NCBI GenBank assembly: GCA_040954595.2
Contig: CM082581.2
Span: 3,774,699 to 3,838,698 of the forward strand
Reading direction: 5' to 3'
DNA from: Balanoglossus misakiensis
Lineage: Eukaryota > Animalia > Hemichordata
DNA: 64,000 nt
The position numbers and the translations under genes were made by a program. Shown one piece after another: positions 26,628 to 42,445 of this stretch (positions are counted from its first letter, which is position 1; every line of letters starts with the position of its first letter). A model generated the notes under the pieces. The model was not told the origin of the DNA. It saw only the letters and a program-made list of their open reading frames with translations, and ran no database searches.

Positions 26628-29600
26628 TAGTAAAATAAATGCATTATAATCACTAGCTTTGGGCAGATTTGGCAAATGTCTGACGAGGCCAATGTTCTCA
26701 AGTTTGCCATCAAGGTCTTGATCTGATTTTCTTTTGTAAATTCTCTACTGATGTACTCCATAAACATTCACAAGCATGTCAAAATCATTCATACCACACG
26801 TTCTACATGTAGTGCTGATTCAAGTCCGTTGGATAAAACCCTTTGTAAAACTGTCACTTTCCAATTCTCCTCTGAAAAGGAAAGGTCATTATCTGGAACA
26901 ATTTACCAGCCACAATTAGATCAGCTGCTTCACTTTCAGCATTTTGTCAGTTTGTTTGTTTGTTGTTCTTGTTTGCTGTATATTTCATTTCATTTGGGAG
27001 ACTGACTTTGTATAATGTCTACATATGGGTGATTTGCACCTGTTTCAGTCATCACATCCTATGCAGATATACTTTCTGCATTTTACATGGATGGATTATA
27101 AAAAATAAATAAATAAATAAACAAATAAAATCATCACTTTAGTCTTTAGTGACACCTACGGACCCCCACCCACACCCTGACACACACTGTCAAATGCACT
27201 TCACATCCATCACTCTAAATGATTTATTTTCCCCATCTCTGCAATTACTGGTAGGCCATAACCTTTATAACACTGGCAGCAATTAAGTTTTGATTTCCAT
27301 TAAATATATTCACCATCATTATTATTATTGGCACTTAAGTTAAATAGTTATTTCCAACTGCAATTAGTGAAAGCAATTACAGATGTACGGTAATTAGATA
27401 GCTACCTGTACCCAGTGTGGTTTGAATACTATTGACAGGAATCAGACAATCAAAGCCCATTAGCTGTATCTCTTTCTATTTTTTGGTACAATAGGGTGAG
27501 CTCAAAAGAAATGTTTGCAAAATTGTTAACCAAAGTATGATCACCAGTTCATTTTCAAACACTGGCGGTGAATGTACAACTTGGATTTCAACATATAATT
27601 TACATGTGTATGACTCACTTGCAAGACATATATGGTTGCCATCAGCCAATATAAAACAATACTTGAAGTTGATCAATCCCAACTATCAGGAAGGATTGCA
27701 ATAAGAAAACTTTCAAAGGGATAGTATGGCTTAATTAATGATGGGAATTCAAAACATATATTTAAGGTGGCATATTTTGGGTAAGAAAACTGGAAAAAAG
27801 ATACAGTTTGGCTAGGGGCTTATAAAAGTCACTTATTTCATACTTTAATAACTAACATTGAGTTAATACAGACAAGTCATTTATTTCAGACAGATAAAAA
27901 TGACATGTAGGATAGTACTAAAGGTGATATAAAAATATGACACTAATTTCAATAAACTTGCCAAAGCGCCATGAGCTGCAACTCGATAAAATTTGTTATG
28001 CTTTAAATAATCTCGAATATGCTTTTCATTGTGTCTATTAAATGATATTGCCTGATAGTATATCAAGATAACACTTATTTATGACAAAATGTCCAAAAAT
28101 TAAATGACATATCAGTACAGTCAAGAATTTCCACAATTTTTACAAAAGTGAAATATGCACAATGAAAAATTATAATGCAATGTCCCAATGGAATGCATAG
28201 TTTATGAAGTTCGAACGAGAGGAATGCAACATTTTCATTGAATTTTCCATTTTTCCACGATGGCCGCCGCATTATCTGGTAAAAACTAACTTAGGGTTTA
28301 TAAATATAATACTTGTATATACTTCAGTGCATACATCTGTATGGGATGATTGAAAAAAGTTTGAAAAAAAAATCATGATTATGGATAATATCCAAGTACT
28401 AGTAGTTGCAGCTCATTGGGCTTTCAGTACTACAGTTGTAAAGAAGGCAAGTCTACACATGAAAACATCAATTGAGAATGATGGACCTGAAAATTGTATA
28501 ACCACAACACATACCGGTATTTCCCCACTATGAAACTATTATTGATAAATTGGTAATTATTAATATTTACACTCTGAGCATGCCAGCAGGTGTAGATGTC
28601 AGGGACCATGAATTGATTGATCACTAGTGGACAGATTATGAAAATAATGATGTAAATAGTTTTCAGTGGCATTTTGTCTAATTCTCTTATCAATAACCAT
28701 TGGTACACAAACACTGGAGTGCACCCCTTGGAGTCGCACAGTAAATAAATTTTAAACAAATTAATCAATCTTGTATTTCTGCATGCATATACATTATTGA
28801 GAAAATACCATTTTTTTAGTTTCAAGAAATATTTTTAAATTTGTACAGAGGAATAATAGGTTAAAAACCTATAAATTGAGAAGAAATTCACACACCAATT
28901 ATTTGAAATAAAGTGTTATGTATACAGACACATAATCCAGCAATTTATCATAATATTTTTTATCTACAGTTGTCAGTTGAGAACAGTAAAAATCAGTGTT
29001 CACTAAAATCATATCATGAAACTCTAGCACTGTAACACTATTGGGACAGTTTCAAGTCACCTCACTCAAATTACTAACATGTCCCTGTTTGGCAACTCAT
29101 TCTCTAAGTTCACTTTTAAACGGTTTCAAGGAACCCCAATGCACATTTTAATATTTATTTCCTATCCATACTTCAAATAAATATACAAGCATGAATATAA
29201 TAATCAGCCCATGCTGACTTTTTAGAATGTTTTATTCCCTCATTTTAGATGCCTGGGTCTGACCAAGACTGCACTGGGGTAAGAAATCGGTGTCACAGGA
29301 CTCACATGTATAACAATAAGATTATTGCGAAGATACGGTAAAGTATGCACTCAGACATCAGTGCTACACACTGTGATTTGCTGCACTGATGTCTTTATGC
29401 ATATTTTGCTATATTTTCGTAATAATATTGTACTGTAGGTGAATTTAAAATATTCCAACTTGTGCAGAAAAAAAGTTTCTTTGAATCTTTCAAGCAGAGG
29501 CAAATGACACTACCACTTTTCTTCATCTTTGGCCCTGGTTCTAACCTAACCTCTTATTTTTCTGTAAGGAAGTGTAACCTTTTCCTTTAATTCCTTTCTC

Positions 29601-30887
29601 AGTTTCAAAATATCCTTTTTCCGGTTTACTTGTAAACCATGTAGGTATTTATAACTTTGTATGTTCTTACAACCCTCATAGGTTGTACCATCAGTTATTT
29701 TTTTTACTCCAAGAATTTTTTCAATTTTAAAAGATCACAGGTAGTTAGCCCCAGAAATTAAACCCAGAACTCATTTGCATATATATGTGCATATAAATTG
29801 ATATTTGTACATATATTTTGTGACAATTTTATTCAATCCTTCATTTTGATTTCATGGCAGACAAATTGCTCCTCAAAGTTTATTACAAAATGGCATTATG
29901 AAGGAACTGTTTTCACTAAACATTCTCATGATATGTGGCTACTACCTCCATACTAGGTCTTCTGATTGACCACTTGTGGAGTTCTCATCCACATAATGAA
30001 AATATTTTAGGAATACAAAGTATAATGTACTCAGACTGAATGTCTAATCTCTCAACGTCCTTGCACGTTTATAAGACTCTGATACCGAGAATTATCTCGG
30101 ATACTGAGAATCATCATACTATTAAATTCCAAGGGTTACAGCAGCAGGTGTGTATGTGAATTATCTTGATATTCACTTGATGAATAAAATTCAATTCTGA
30201 CTTTGACAGTGTGGGTGTGTGAAGGACCAATTAACCCTGAGTGTGTGCACACATGGGTTACCATTTAGTGGCACTGGCCAAACATAACTGTCAAGGGGAA
30301 CAGGTATAATGGGCAGTAGAATGGCAATTAGACCTGGGTTTCATTTTTCTCTGTGTGCAATTATAGACAGCCCTTGAGAGGAAGCCCTTTAATTCAGCAT
30401 GACCCTAAGGGGATGGTCAGTGCATTAATTGATTGGGTGATTTGTAATGTATTTTCCATGCACCGTTCTTTCAGCATGTCCTGCGATTATATTAAGCAGC
30501 TATACAATTCATATCACCGTTGTCAGGGGTGACATCAAGACGAGATTAATTTACAGTTCTCCCATGTAACAGGTTGCACTACCCAACCCCTGGCCCCCAA
30601 TCTTCGTGGAGAGTGGATTGAACCAATTATTAAAACTCTGACGCTGCGGGTACATGTATTGTAATTAGGTTTGTCTTGGCCTGTGGTATATTGTGTGAAA
30701 ACGTTAAATCACCAAGGGTGAATGTGCGTTCTTTCTATATAAAAAAATACCTGTGTGTTCGAACGTAGCCAAAGCAAATGGCCATTACATAATCAGTGTT
30801 TAGTCAGGCAGTCTGTAGTCTGTTTGTAAATGTGACAGCTATTGTCAACATCTCACTCTCTCTCAGCAAACCCAGTCATACACTCAC

Positions 30888-31666
30888 CCTGAACTGTAAG
30901 CTTCTCTTGGTGATGGACAACTAACACCAAAAATTTCTTCTTCGGGAATAAACACTTGTAAAAGCGACACGGCTACATCGTCTGTGTTATCGTCATTTAC
31001 GTAAATATACAACACTTGGTCACGTCGTCTGCGGACACTTTCGGTCCACTGTTTGTTTGTGTTGTCCTCTATGTAATATTGAGAAAACAAAGTGTCTTTT
31101 GCACAAGTCACCCTCATATCAAGCAGTTTCCTCTGTCCGGGCATCGGGTCGTTGGCACACACCTCTATTGTCGCCTTAAAGAGGCAGGCTTGGTATCCAA
31201 GACAGAAGAGTACGGGGTCACAACTTGACAACGTGTCATCCATGTTATCACCAACATTGGCATTCCAGAATCCCCGAGACTTCTTCTCGCCCGACTGCCT
31301 TTTCAGGACAATTTCCCTGTTCGTGATACTCAGCCGGGGAATGTCGTTCAACTTGAAATGTTGCAGTGAGCTGCCGTAGTATTTCTTCATGCCAGAGAAC
31401 ACGTACGACAGCCCGGAAATAAACGTACCCCTGGGACACAGCACTGCGACTCTCTTGTTTTCTTGCCATTTGTAAGTTTCTTCGTGAACGCTATCAACTG
31501 TCTGCTCGTACTTCACTTTCGGTGGGTCCACGAAGGCTCGACGATTGTGGTTCGGATCGCCGTTCGCCGCTGCCCTCTGAGGAATCTTCACTGCTGGTAT
31601 GGGCTGGAAGCCCTGAGAGGTGGCTACAACCAGTAGACAGACTACTGGGAGACATACCTTCCACAT
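30888..31666 (-). CDS. First coding exon of a secreted or lumenal protein (signal peptide, degenerate SUEL/rhamnose-binding-lectin-like domain, RRRR site); probably exon 1 of the GT14 gene
   Basis: 779 nt from ATG 31666 (MWKVCLPVVCLLVVATSQG) to a strong donor GG|GTGAGT at 30888/30887, phase 2. CLGYQACLFKATIEVCANDPMPGQRKLLDMRVTC resembles the SUEL C-x-G-x3-C...DPxPGxxKxL...C pattern. The phase matches the acceptor at 12095. Confidence 0.8.
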
Positions 31667-32506
31667 GGCCAACGGTTTTGGTTGGAAATAAAAGGACACG
31701 CGATTTCATCGCTAAGTAATCGGCACAACTCTCATCCTTTAGGTGATTGTACATTCATTGTTATTATAATAAGCACCCGTGAACGACACATGCGTAGTAG
31801 CGATATCCATATGCAAATAGGTAAAACGTCAATATTCACTTCCCATCGTTGCTTCCCATCGCAAGATCACTGTAACTATAGGCGTGCGCCCCCTCGTAGT
31901 GAAAGCTTGTCACAGTGACAAACCTACGGTTCAATGTCGTGTAAATGTTACCCTGCGTTACATTATTAACCTCAGATGTGTCAAGGGGCTTCGAGTTGTC
32001 GATTTGAGAGCATATGGTTTCATTCCAGAAATGGATGGATACATCACGTATTTTTATAGGTGATCTCGGTAAAAAAAAATCTTTAAAATCGTCCTTAAAT
32101 ACATGATATTCAAATTGATGCTTTTTGGTGATTATAAGATTAAATGTCTAATTTATGCTGAAGGTCTAGTTATTTCCTCTAATGCATCCTATGATCAGCA
32201 AATGCCAGTTGATACCAGTGGTAATTATGACAATATAAATTCAATATGTATTAATGAGGAAAAACGGCGTCTATAGGCACTATAGGCATATTATTTCAAA
32301 ACCAGTGGTCGAAAGCTCAAACCAGTTCCAATTAATTTTAATGGCCGATTCACTCGATTGCTCAATTATGTTTATGTTCATAAAAACCTTGGTCACCTAA
32401 TTGACCTAAAAGATAATGGTGATATGTAGGCTTGGGGCAGATTTTTCTATGCTTGAGGTAATGTCATTAAGGGATATCCCCAGGCCCAATCTGATTAAAA
32501 TCAAAT

Positions 32507-32565
32507 GTAGGGAACGGCGACGTGTTTTTTTCTGCTGTCGCCTACATCTGATTTTAATCAGATTG
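32507..32565. mobile_element. 59-bp hairpin mini-element with CAATC termini and 9-bp TSD
   Basis: CCCCAGGCC|CAATCTGATTAAAATCAAATGTAGG...CCTACATCTGATTTTAATCAGATTG|CCCCGGGCC. Read against the line numbering, the left terminus may lie about 20 nt further left (near 32487), making the element about 79 bp. Confidence 0.7.
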
Positions 32566-32574
32566 CCCCGGGCC

Positions 32575-32650
32575 TAGTCTAGTATATCTACCCGTACTTT
32601 GTCCACTTTGCTTACCCAAAGCGGACAAAATACGGCTAGATACTAGACTA
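32575..32650. mobile_element. 76-bp hairpin mini-element with TAGTC termini and 9-10-bp TSD
   Basis: CCCCGGGCC|TAGTCTAGTAT...ATACTAGACTA|CCCCCGGGCC. Confidence 0.75.
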
Positions 32651-34389
32651 CCCCCGGGCCTAATCCGTACGTTTGACATTTCGGGGAGAGGTTGGAGGAA
32701 ATGGATACAAAGCAATTTTTTATCATTGCGACGACAATGTTTCTCACAGTGTTACTTTGAAGAGAACGTTAACTGCAAATCATAAACAATGTTTTATGTA
32801 GGTCTTCATAGAGATGAGTGACTTGAATGACATAAATTTACTGCTCTAACGGGGCGTACGTTTAGGTACGGAAAAAGTGCCCGAACTTTTTGATTGAATG
32901 AAGTTTAGGCTACTGGTATTCGAGACTACATAAACGCGCCACCAACGTCAAACCCCGGTCGCGTTTGTCTTTATTTCGTGTATGTACAGTGCTACGTTTA
33001 TTGGTTTAGTCATACTGTCTATATGGTTTCCGTTTTACATTAACGGCTGTAACAAGCCCTGCCATGTCTGCGTATTTTATATCATAGCAGACAAGTTCAA
33101 CAGTTGATAGATTACCATTTTCAAAATAGTTTTCCAAAATTCTGAAATCTTGTTTATGGTAAACACGATCAGGACTCGTATATCTTCCATTGCTCGGCCC
33201 CAAGGATCAAGAGAAACAGTTTCAGTGTTGCCTAGGCCTATGCCTCAGTTGCATGGGAAATAATTGAATTTGGGGAAATACTAGTTCTCTCAGCTCATGA
33301 GCTCGGGAGAACCGACAGGATAATGGAAATGAATGCAAATGAATTATTTTTATCACGTCCGTTCGCGAGTTTCCATGAAACGTTTGAAGAATTTCTGTCC
33401 ATTTTCTATAACCTGAATAAGTTGCGTTGCGAATTATCAGTTCAATGAAGGATTTGTCATTTGTAGTTTCAAGTTTTTTGTGTTTCAACGTCTTTTTATT
33501 TTAATTTCAGTATGTTAGTGTCTAGTGTCTTGATATCTTCACACAGCAAAACACATCACCTATCTATCTTGTAAAAAAGAAAAACAGCGCTCCCATGAAT
33601 AGAATATGAAACTGATGTTTTCCCTCATCAGTGGGTATTAAAACTGAACATTGTTTATATTTCTTAAGTATTTGTATTCTGTGTCGGCAGACATTGTAAA
33701 CTGAGAAGTGAAGGGGGTGGGTTTGGGAGGGGGTGTCCCCCTCCAACGTCAGAAAATTTTATAAAATACAGAGCTCAAAGCAGCATTTTAATGAACCCAA
33801 AAGCAAATTAACTCAACTACCGGTATGTTGGGGAGGACAAATTTAACCTTCGCCGCTCAAAGTTAGCATGGGGGGGGGGGGGGGGCAAGTCCCCTGACCT
33901 GGAGTATGCACTAGATAAACCAGTCAATGATTGAAATGTGATGATGAATGACGGGGGTGGGGTGAAAAATTTGGGTTCATTAAAAAAAATTGTATTATGA
34001 AGGGTTCAAAACTGCATTTTTGTGGACTCAAAATAAATATTTAGTCCTCAAAGTTTTCAAGTCCCCCCTTTCAGTCCCTAAATTATTTCAAATCCCCCCT
34101 TACATACCCTCAAATTTTTCAAATCCCCCCCTAAATTCTCCCGCCCCCCCCCCCTCCAGAGGTGTTTGTGAATGCAGCCTTAGTTTGAAAGATGAGGTAT
34201 AACCGAATCTCATTTCGTAAACACTGATGGCGGATGAGAAGTATATATATTGCTCCTTTTCGTAAATTTTATGCGGAAATTCTACTCTGTTGTTTTAATT
34301 ATATGCAAACTGCAGTTGTCTGGTTCACCGTTTGCTGTTGGTGGAGTAGGGTTGGGTTCATCGCCTGAACTCATTGACTGAGTCGTCAG

Positions 34390-34481
34390 TAGTCTGGTTC
34401 CCTGCCCCAATCCCACCGCTGGCTGCGCTACCCTTTAGCGTAGCGCAGCCAGCGGTGGGATTGGGGCTGGGAACCAGACTA
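34390..34481. mobile_element. 92-bp hairpin mini-element with TAGTC termini and 9-bp TSD
   Basis: AGTCGTCAG|TAGTCTGGTTCCC...GGGAACCAGACTA|AGTCGTCAG, a near-perfect palindrome. Confidence 0.85.
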
Positions 34482-37400
34482 AGTCGTCAGTGGTGGTGTG
34501 AGATTGACGTCAATTAAAAAACCTTCAGACGTAAACAACGAAAGAAAGATGCACATGATGGCGTTAAGTCAATGAAGATACGGAGAGGAATGAATTTCAA
34601 CACGTCCCTTGAATTGAAAGAACGGAACGCTCAGGATCACGAAGAGCAAGTCGGGTGTGCGCATGTCCAGCAGGGCTTTCCTTTTGACAGGAGCGATTGC
34701 TCCACTCACCTACCGCTCGAGCAATCGGAGTTCACAAGAGCGATATCGGCGCTCGAGTGGAGCCCAAGGTTGTGGCTGCTTCGTTCAGTTGAAGCGGTTT
34801 GTGGTACATATACATATTTGCATGGTACCAACTATGCGAACATCTCTCACAGTCTGTGGCAAACAAAAATAATTTTGCATGATGTGACCTTTATACGAAT
34901 AAAGTTCTCTTTTATACACAGTACACGTTGCATGGTGGTATGCTTAAATATAAAAGTGGTATATATTCATTACACATTACTGCTAATTTAGATATTTAAT
35001 GAAAAATAGAGTTTTGCAGTGTAATGACAATATCAAAAACGGCTTTGCACTTGGGGATAGGGACCATTTTCCATAACAATTGTGCTAAAATTTCCGACAC
35101 TTGCCTATCGGAGTGTACACGTACAGTCACTTTACTGGTCTACATCCACAAACTCACACTGACAAACAAAAGTCCAACCAAAGCTAGTTGACATAATTAT
35201 GGTATCAAAAATGCTCTTGGATTCCACTTCAATCTGTACATTAGGACTCTCCTATTAATCGAAATCGAAAAGGGCTTTCATTCCAACCTGACTGCATTGA
35301 CTTCTAAATACTGCTTTTGGCTTAAGCTACTTTGGCCAATTTCGTCATACTTGTGTTTCGTATCACTCCCATGGTCCGGAAATATCCGGGTTGGAGAATT
35401 AAACCATATGCTCGATGTTTACGAAGAATTTAAGGCACAATTTATGAAGTTAATAAATCATGAAGTATGTGCGCACTGGCCTGTTAGTATTCAAACAAAT
35501 GAAACCTGACACGTCAGCCTGGTAGTCAATTTGGTTTGGAAACCGGTATCAAGTAACAACAGGAGCCTGGAGTCCCCTGTTGTCATACGGCGTACAACCT
35601 GGTACAAATGGTCGGACAACACACCGTGTTGAGTCTATACAGCTTGACGGGGTTCTTATTTATGGAATATGTTAAATTATTAATGGTTGAATTGTCAGCA
35701 TTTTAATTAACAAAGCAAACTACCGGTCCACTGCAGGGAAACAACAAATGTGTACAGACACTCCAGTACAGTTCACAAAGTAAACCAAAGCCAGCATTGA
35801 AGCGATATCTCCTACAGGACTGCAGGGCGAACACGATGACTATATTTTTCGGTAAACACACATGTGACGAATGTTAAAATACATATTTTGCTTCTGGGTT
35901 GTACTCAGGGTGTTCAATTTTTATCTTTTTGACAACAGAATTCAACAAGTAATTGGGATATGACACACACACACCAAATAAATTGATGTTGACAAAAATC
36001 AGAAAGAGAGAAATGCTGAAATTTTGGTGTATCAGAAAGAATAAGATCTTAATAGACAACATATGAGTATAAATGTACTGAACAGAACTGTTCTGAACAT
36101 ACTACTAGGAACAGTTATACCGGTACATGCAGAGAATGATTTGCGATATGAGTACGTATTTTTGAGAGGTCAACACGTACAATAAAGCCGGTTGGCCTGT
36201 TAACTATGTGGGTAAAACCGTTCGTCACCTTTTCTCAGAAAAATTTACGACAACCCGTGTACAGAAGCCAGTAATCTCATGGGGCGATCTGTGTAATTTT
36301 TTAATGCTTATATGGCTCAAAATTAACAGTGGTAGTCATGCATCCAAAAGTCCCCCACTTTTTCATTTTTGTCTACAAAATAATATCATTGGTGGTTTAA
36401 TTTTGACCACGACAAAAAATCTGCTTGGTTCGTAGTCTTGTGGCCTTGTTCAGCGCACATTTTAAACGGTACTTCTGTAATTGTGGTGGACAATTCCACA
36501 GCCAAATGAGTCATTTTTGCCACTCCCATCTGTCACTCATTTATTTAGTATGTCACGATCAAACACTGTTTCAAGTGTTGTCATACTACAGACATGTACC
36601 GGTAGTATGATTACAAGTTGCAGGGGTGCCATGAAACTATACGGCATATGAATATGTAATTATATACGTCATACTAGTATACGACGATACGCAGTACTGT
36701 TGGGTATCACCAATGGATATGATATTCAATACAAACAACCTTAGCATAAATTATGCCAATGGACTTGCAAGTTCTGCATGTGTTTATTTGTGCTTGCAAA
36801 GTTGTATGGCCAAACCCGGTGCTGACTATGGTTCGACATTTTAATAAGAGTGGTTTATATTTAAGTTTTGATTCCGCCAGTTAAGTTTCAAAGGCAACGT
36901 TATTGACCTTTTTGGTTGGTCCATATGGATCGACACATAAACAATTGAGCCTTAAGGATTGTGTCTTAAAATCCTCTGTCACCTTTGTTTGGTGACCAAT
37001 AATTTTGACAAACTACCGCAGTCCTGCCAAGGTCAATTCGCAAACTCAAAATAATTTTTATCCATGAATTTGTTTTCGCAATAAACCTGTTCTAGTCTTT
37101 AACCCAGTACGTTATGTTCTGTATCAATACCATGTGACACGGTAACAGAATTCAGTTGGCAACATCTCAGTGTTAGTGGAATTTATGTTATAAAACATGT
37201 CTAAGTAGAAGTCTACAAAATTGACTTGATTAATTGTTTAAAAATATGTTTGTTAGAGGGCACACTGTCGCTGATATTAGTGGATGTCTTGTGCCAGAGT
37301 AGAATTCTGAGGTCAACAAATTTAAGTTGCACTTTAGTTCATGGACTTTGAAATAGTCTTTCATTTTCTTTTGAAACTTTTTCCAAGAGGCATTTCTATA

Positions 37401-38256
37401 ATAATTGTAACTTGACCAAGCATGAATTCCAATTGCCAAAATGACAACAAATGGTGAACCATCCTGTCCAGATGAAACACAGCACATACGTTTTTACGCA
37501 GAACAGGTCAAAAATCATATGACTAGCAATAAAAATTATATCTGCCTCACTGAGTCCTTCTTGTTCACCGAGACCTGTGCGTTTATCTAAACAACATGAC
37601 ACTGGTGACTAAATTTCACGCGAAGCATACGGTATAAAAACAAAGTATTTTAACATGTCCTAAACTCTCATAATGCCTAATAATGTTCAACTTCACAAGG
37701 AAAATGATTGTCATCTTTTCATATTTCTTTCATTTGATTGTGTCTTATACTTCAGTCATCTCACTCATATTGCCAACAATTATTATGAACTCTACAGTAC
37801 GACTTGTCGTTTGTAAGACTTAAAAATTCACACAAAACCATCAAATTGTCACCTTTGATAAGGTTATCTTCCCAATACATTAATGGAAACAAACACAAAA
37901 CTTGACAGTTCTCTGTAGGAAACAGTTTATATCCCATGCATGATGTCGACGATAAATTATTCCTGCCATGAAAAGTAATTATTTTTGGCCATACTTTCAA
38001 TTGTTTTTGTATTTTTGTAGCTCACATATCCACCTCAACGATAAATGAAAAAAAAATGGCTAATATGACGGGAAAAGTTTGAAGAACTTAAATAATATTT
38101 CGAAAACTTGTACCCCGTCTTCCATCATCTACGTAACAAAAATCACGAATGCCAAGGACTTTTTGGATGTGCATCACCAAGCTCGCAGATGAAAAAAAAT
38201 TAATAATACATTTCACATAACACAAAGTTTTAATGAAATGTCCAATTCAGAAATTC

Positions 38257-38263
38257 TATAAAA
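38257..38263 (+). promoter_or_regulatory. TATA box of CTHRC1-like copy 1 (equivalents at 44129, 48841, 53688, 58449)
   Basis: CTATAAAA(A)GTAGCG is conserved 100-120 bp upstream of all five ATGs. Confidence 0.65.
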
Positions 38264-38373
38264 GTAGCGAACTGAACGTACACAGTTAGGTTGCTGCCAC
38301 GAAGAGGAAGATTACAACAGTTTCAAACTGAACATTCACTGTTACAGTTACAGTTAGATTCACCGCAACGACG

Positions 38374-40793
<2,420 letters not shown>

Positions 40794-41491
40794 ACAGAAT
40801 TTTCCAGCTATATCAGATTTATATCTTTCTATCACTTTCTCCAAATTTTAGAAGTTATGTAAGACATTTCCTGAACTTTAGCGTAAATTTAGTATCTAAA
40901 TGTTGTGTTTTATTTATCGTTTGCTTCAATCCACTTTCATGCTAAATATTGCAATGATCATAGGGAGAATCTGTTAATTTATTCTTTTGCTCTTTTCTGA
41001 AAACAACAAATCTCTATAATGTGGTACTAATTGTACATTTTTGGAGTCTGCTGTTGAAATGGAATATTTCATTTGACGCATTTTTGCCTTGATGGATCAT
41101 ATGAATCTGCAATCTTTGAATTATTACAGACACCATAAAATGTTGGCTCTCTGCAAGGCAGATGTAACTTACATTTTGAACACTCATGTAGAACAGATAG
41201 GCTGGAAAACCTGTAACATAAACATGATTGTGGCTTATAATGTGTCACAGTGCTAAAAGAAACCAACATTTTTCAGCTTAAGATAAAAGATGATAAAAAA
41301 GCTATCAAAATGCCCCAAAATGCCAAAATATGAAGTTGCATCTGTATTGCATGGGGACAAGATGTAAGTTAAGTCTATTTATTCATGTACAACTTCTTGT
41401 ATTCCTGAGAATTATGACCATGCATACAGTGTGTATTTGGTCAGACGCTGTCATTGTCTCTTAGCTAGTGCCTGTAATAGCTCTTCAAATG

Positions 41492-41497
41492 AATAAA
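41492..41497 (+). terminator. Polyadenylation signal of CTHRC1-like copy 1 (equivalents near 46548, 51396, 56139, 61022)
   Basis: AATAAAGTTTGAA is conserved downstream of all five stop codons. Confidence 0.6.
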
Positions 41498-42013
41498 GTT
41501 TGAAATCACGCTAGATTTGTTATTGTTTCTTTTTTTTCACTGTCAAAGTAATATTAGTTTGTGTAGATGTATTAGTTATCACAAAACGGGAAGGCATATT
41601 CAAGAAAGTGTGTCATTTTTAAATCTTTGAAACAGAACAAAAGGGAACAATGAGCCCGTTCTGCATCCTTCACCAATAATTGTTAACGAACTTATAGTTC
41701 TGTCAATATCGATCCATACACAAATTCACTCTGGCAAGGGGGCCCGTACTAATATCTCTAAGGGGCGTTGCACGATCGCCCATTGACAAATTGCTAGGGG
41801 TGCCACAATGACAACAAATGGTGAACCGGCTCGTCAAGATGAAACACAGCACATACAAGAACAACTGAGTCAGAAATCTTATGACAAGCACTGACTAATT
41901 TTCTGTATAAAAAGTTAAAAATCACATCTTATCCATATAACATGATACTGGTACTAAATCGCCCATTGACAAATTGCTAGGGGTGCCAAAATGACAACAA
42001 ATACATGGTGAAC

Positions 42014-42445
42014 TAGTCTCGGTTACCCAGAGCCCTCTGCTTCTTCCGTTAGGCACTCCAGAAAGAGGGTCTGGGGAAGCCCGGTAGACAAATCGCCGGG
42101 CCGACTCGGGACAGATGCGATGCATGACGGGAGATTAATATTCGATACAATATTATGATATGACGATATTAGAAAACTATTTACCAAACTTCTCTCTCTC
42201 TTTTCAATTTGTAGACAGTTTTAGCAGGTCTAGCACTTCTCAGCATGTTTTCTTTATCGTATGTCATACATGTCATGTCTGCCGTGAGGTTCGCGCGCAG
42301 GACGTCGCCATTTTGGAATATTAATCTCCCGTCATGCATCGTATCTGTCCCGAGTCGGCCCGGCGATTTGTCTACCGGGCTTCCCCAGACCCTCTTTCTG
42401 GAGTGCCCAACGGAAGAAGCAGGGGGGTCTGGGTAACCGAGACTA
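42014..42445. mobile_element. Second copy of the 9-bp-TSD TAGTC element (inverted relative to 5786)
   Basis: ATGGTGAAC|TAGTCTCGG...CCGAGACTA|ATGGTGAAC; empty paralogous site at 57602-57610. Confidence 0.92.

Noticed and set aside
34572-34991. 139-aa plus-strand ORF
   Set aside because: No recognisable domain or splice context, and it lies in a repeat-rich intergenic region.
38070-38081. GGGAAAAGTTT upstream of copy 1 as an NF-kB site
   Set aside because: It does not fit GGGRNWYYCC and is not conserved in copies 3 and 4.
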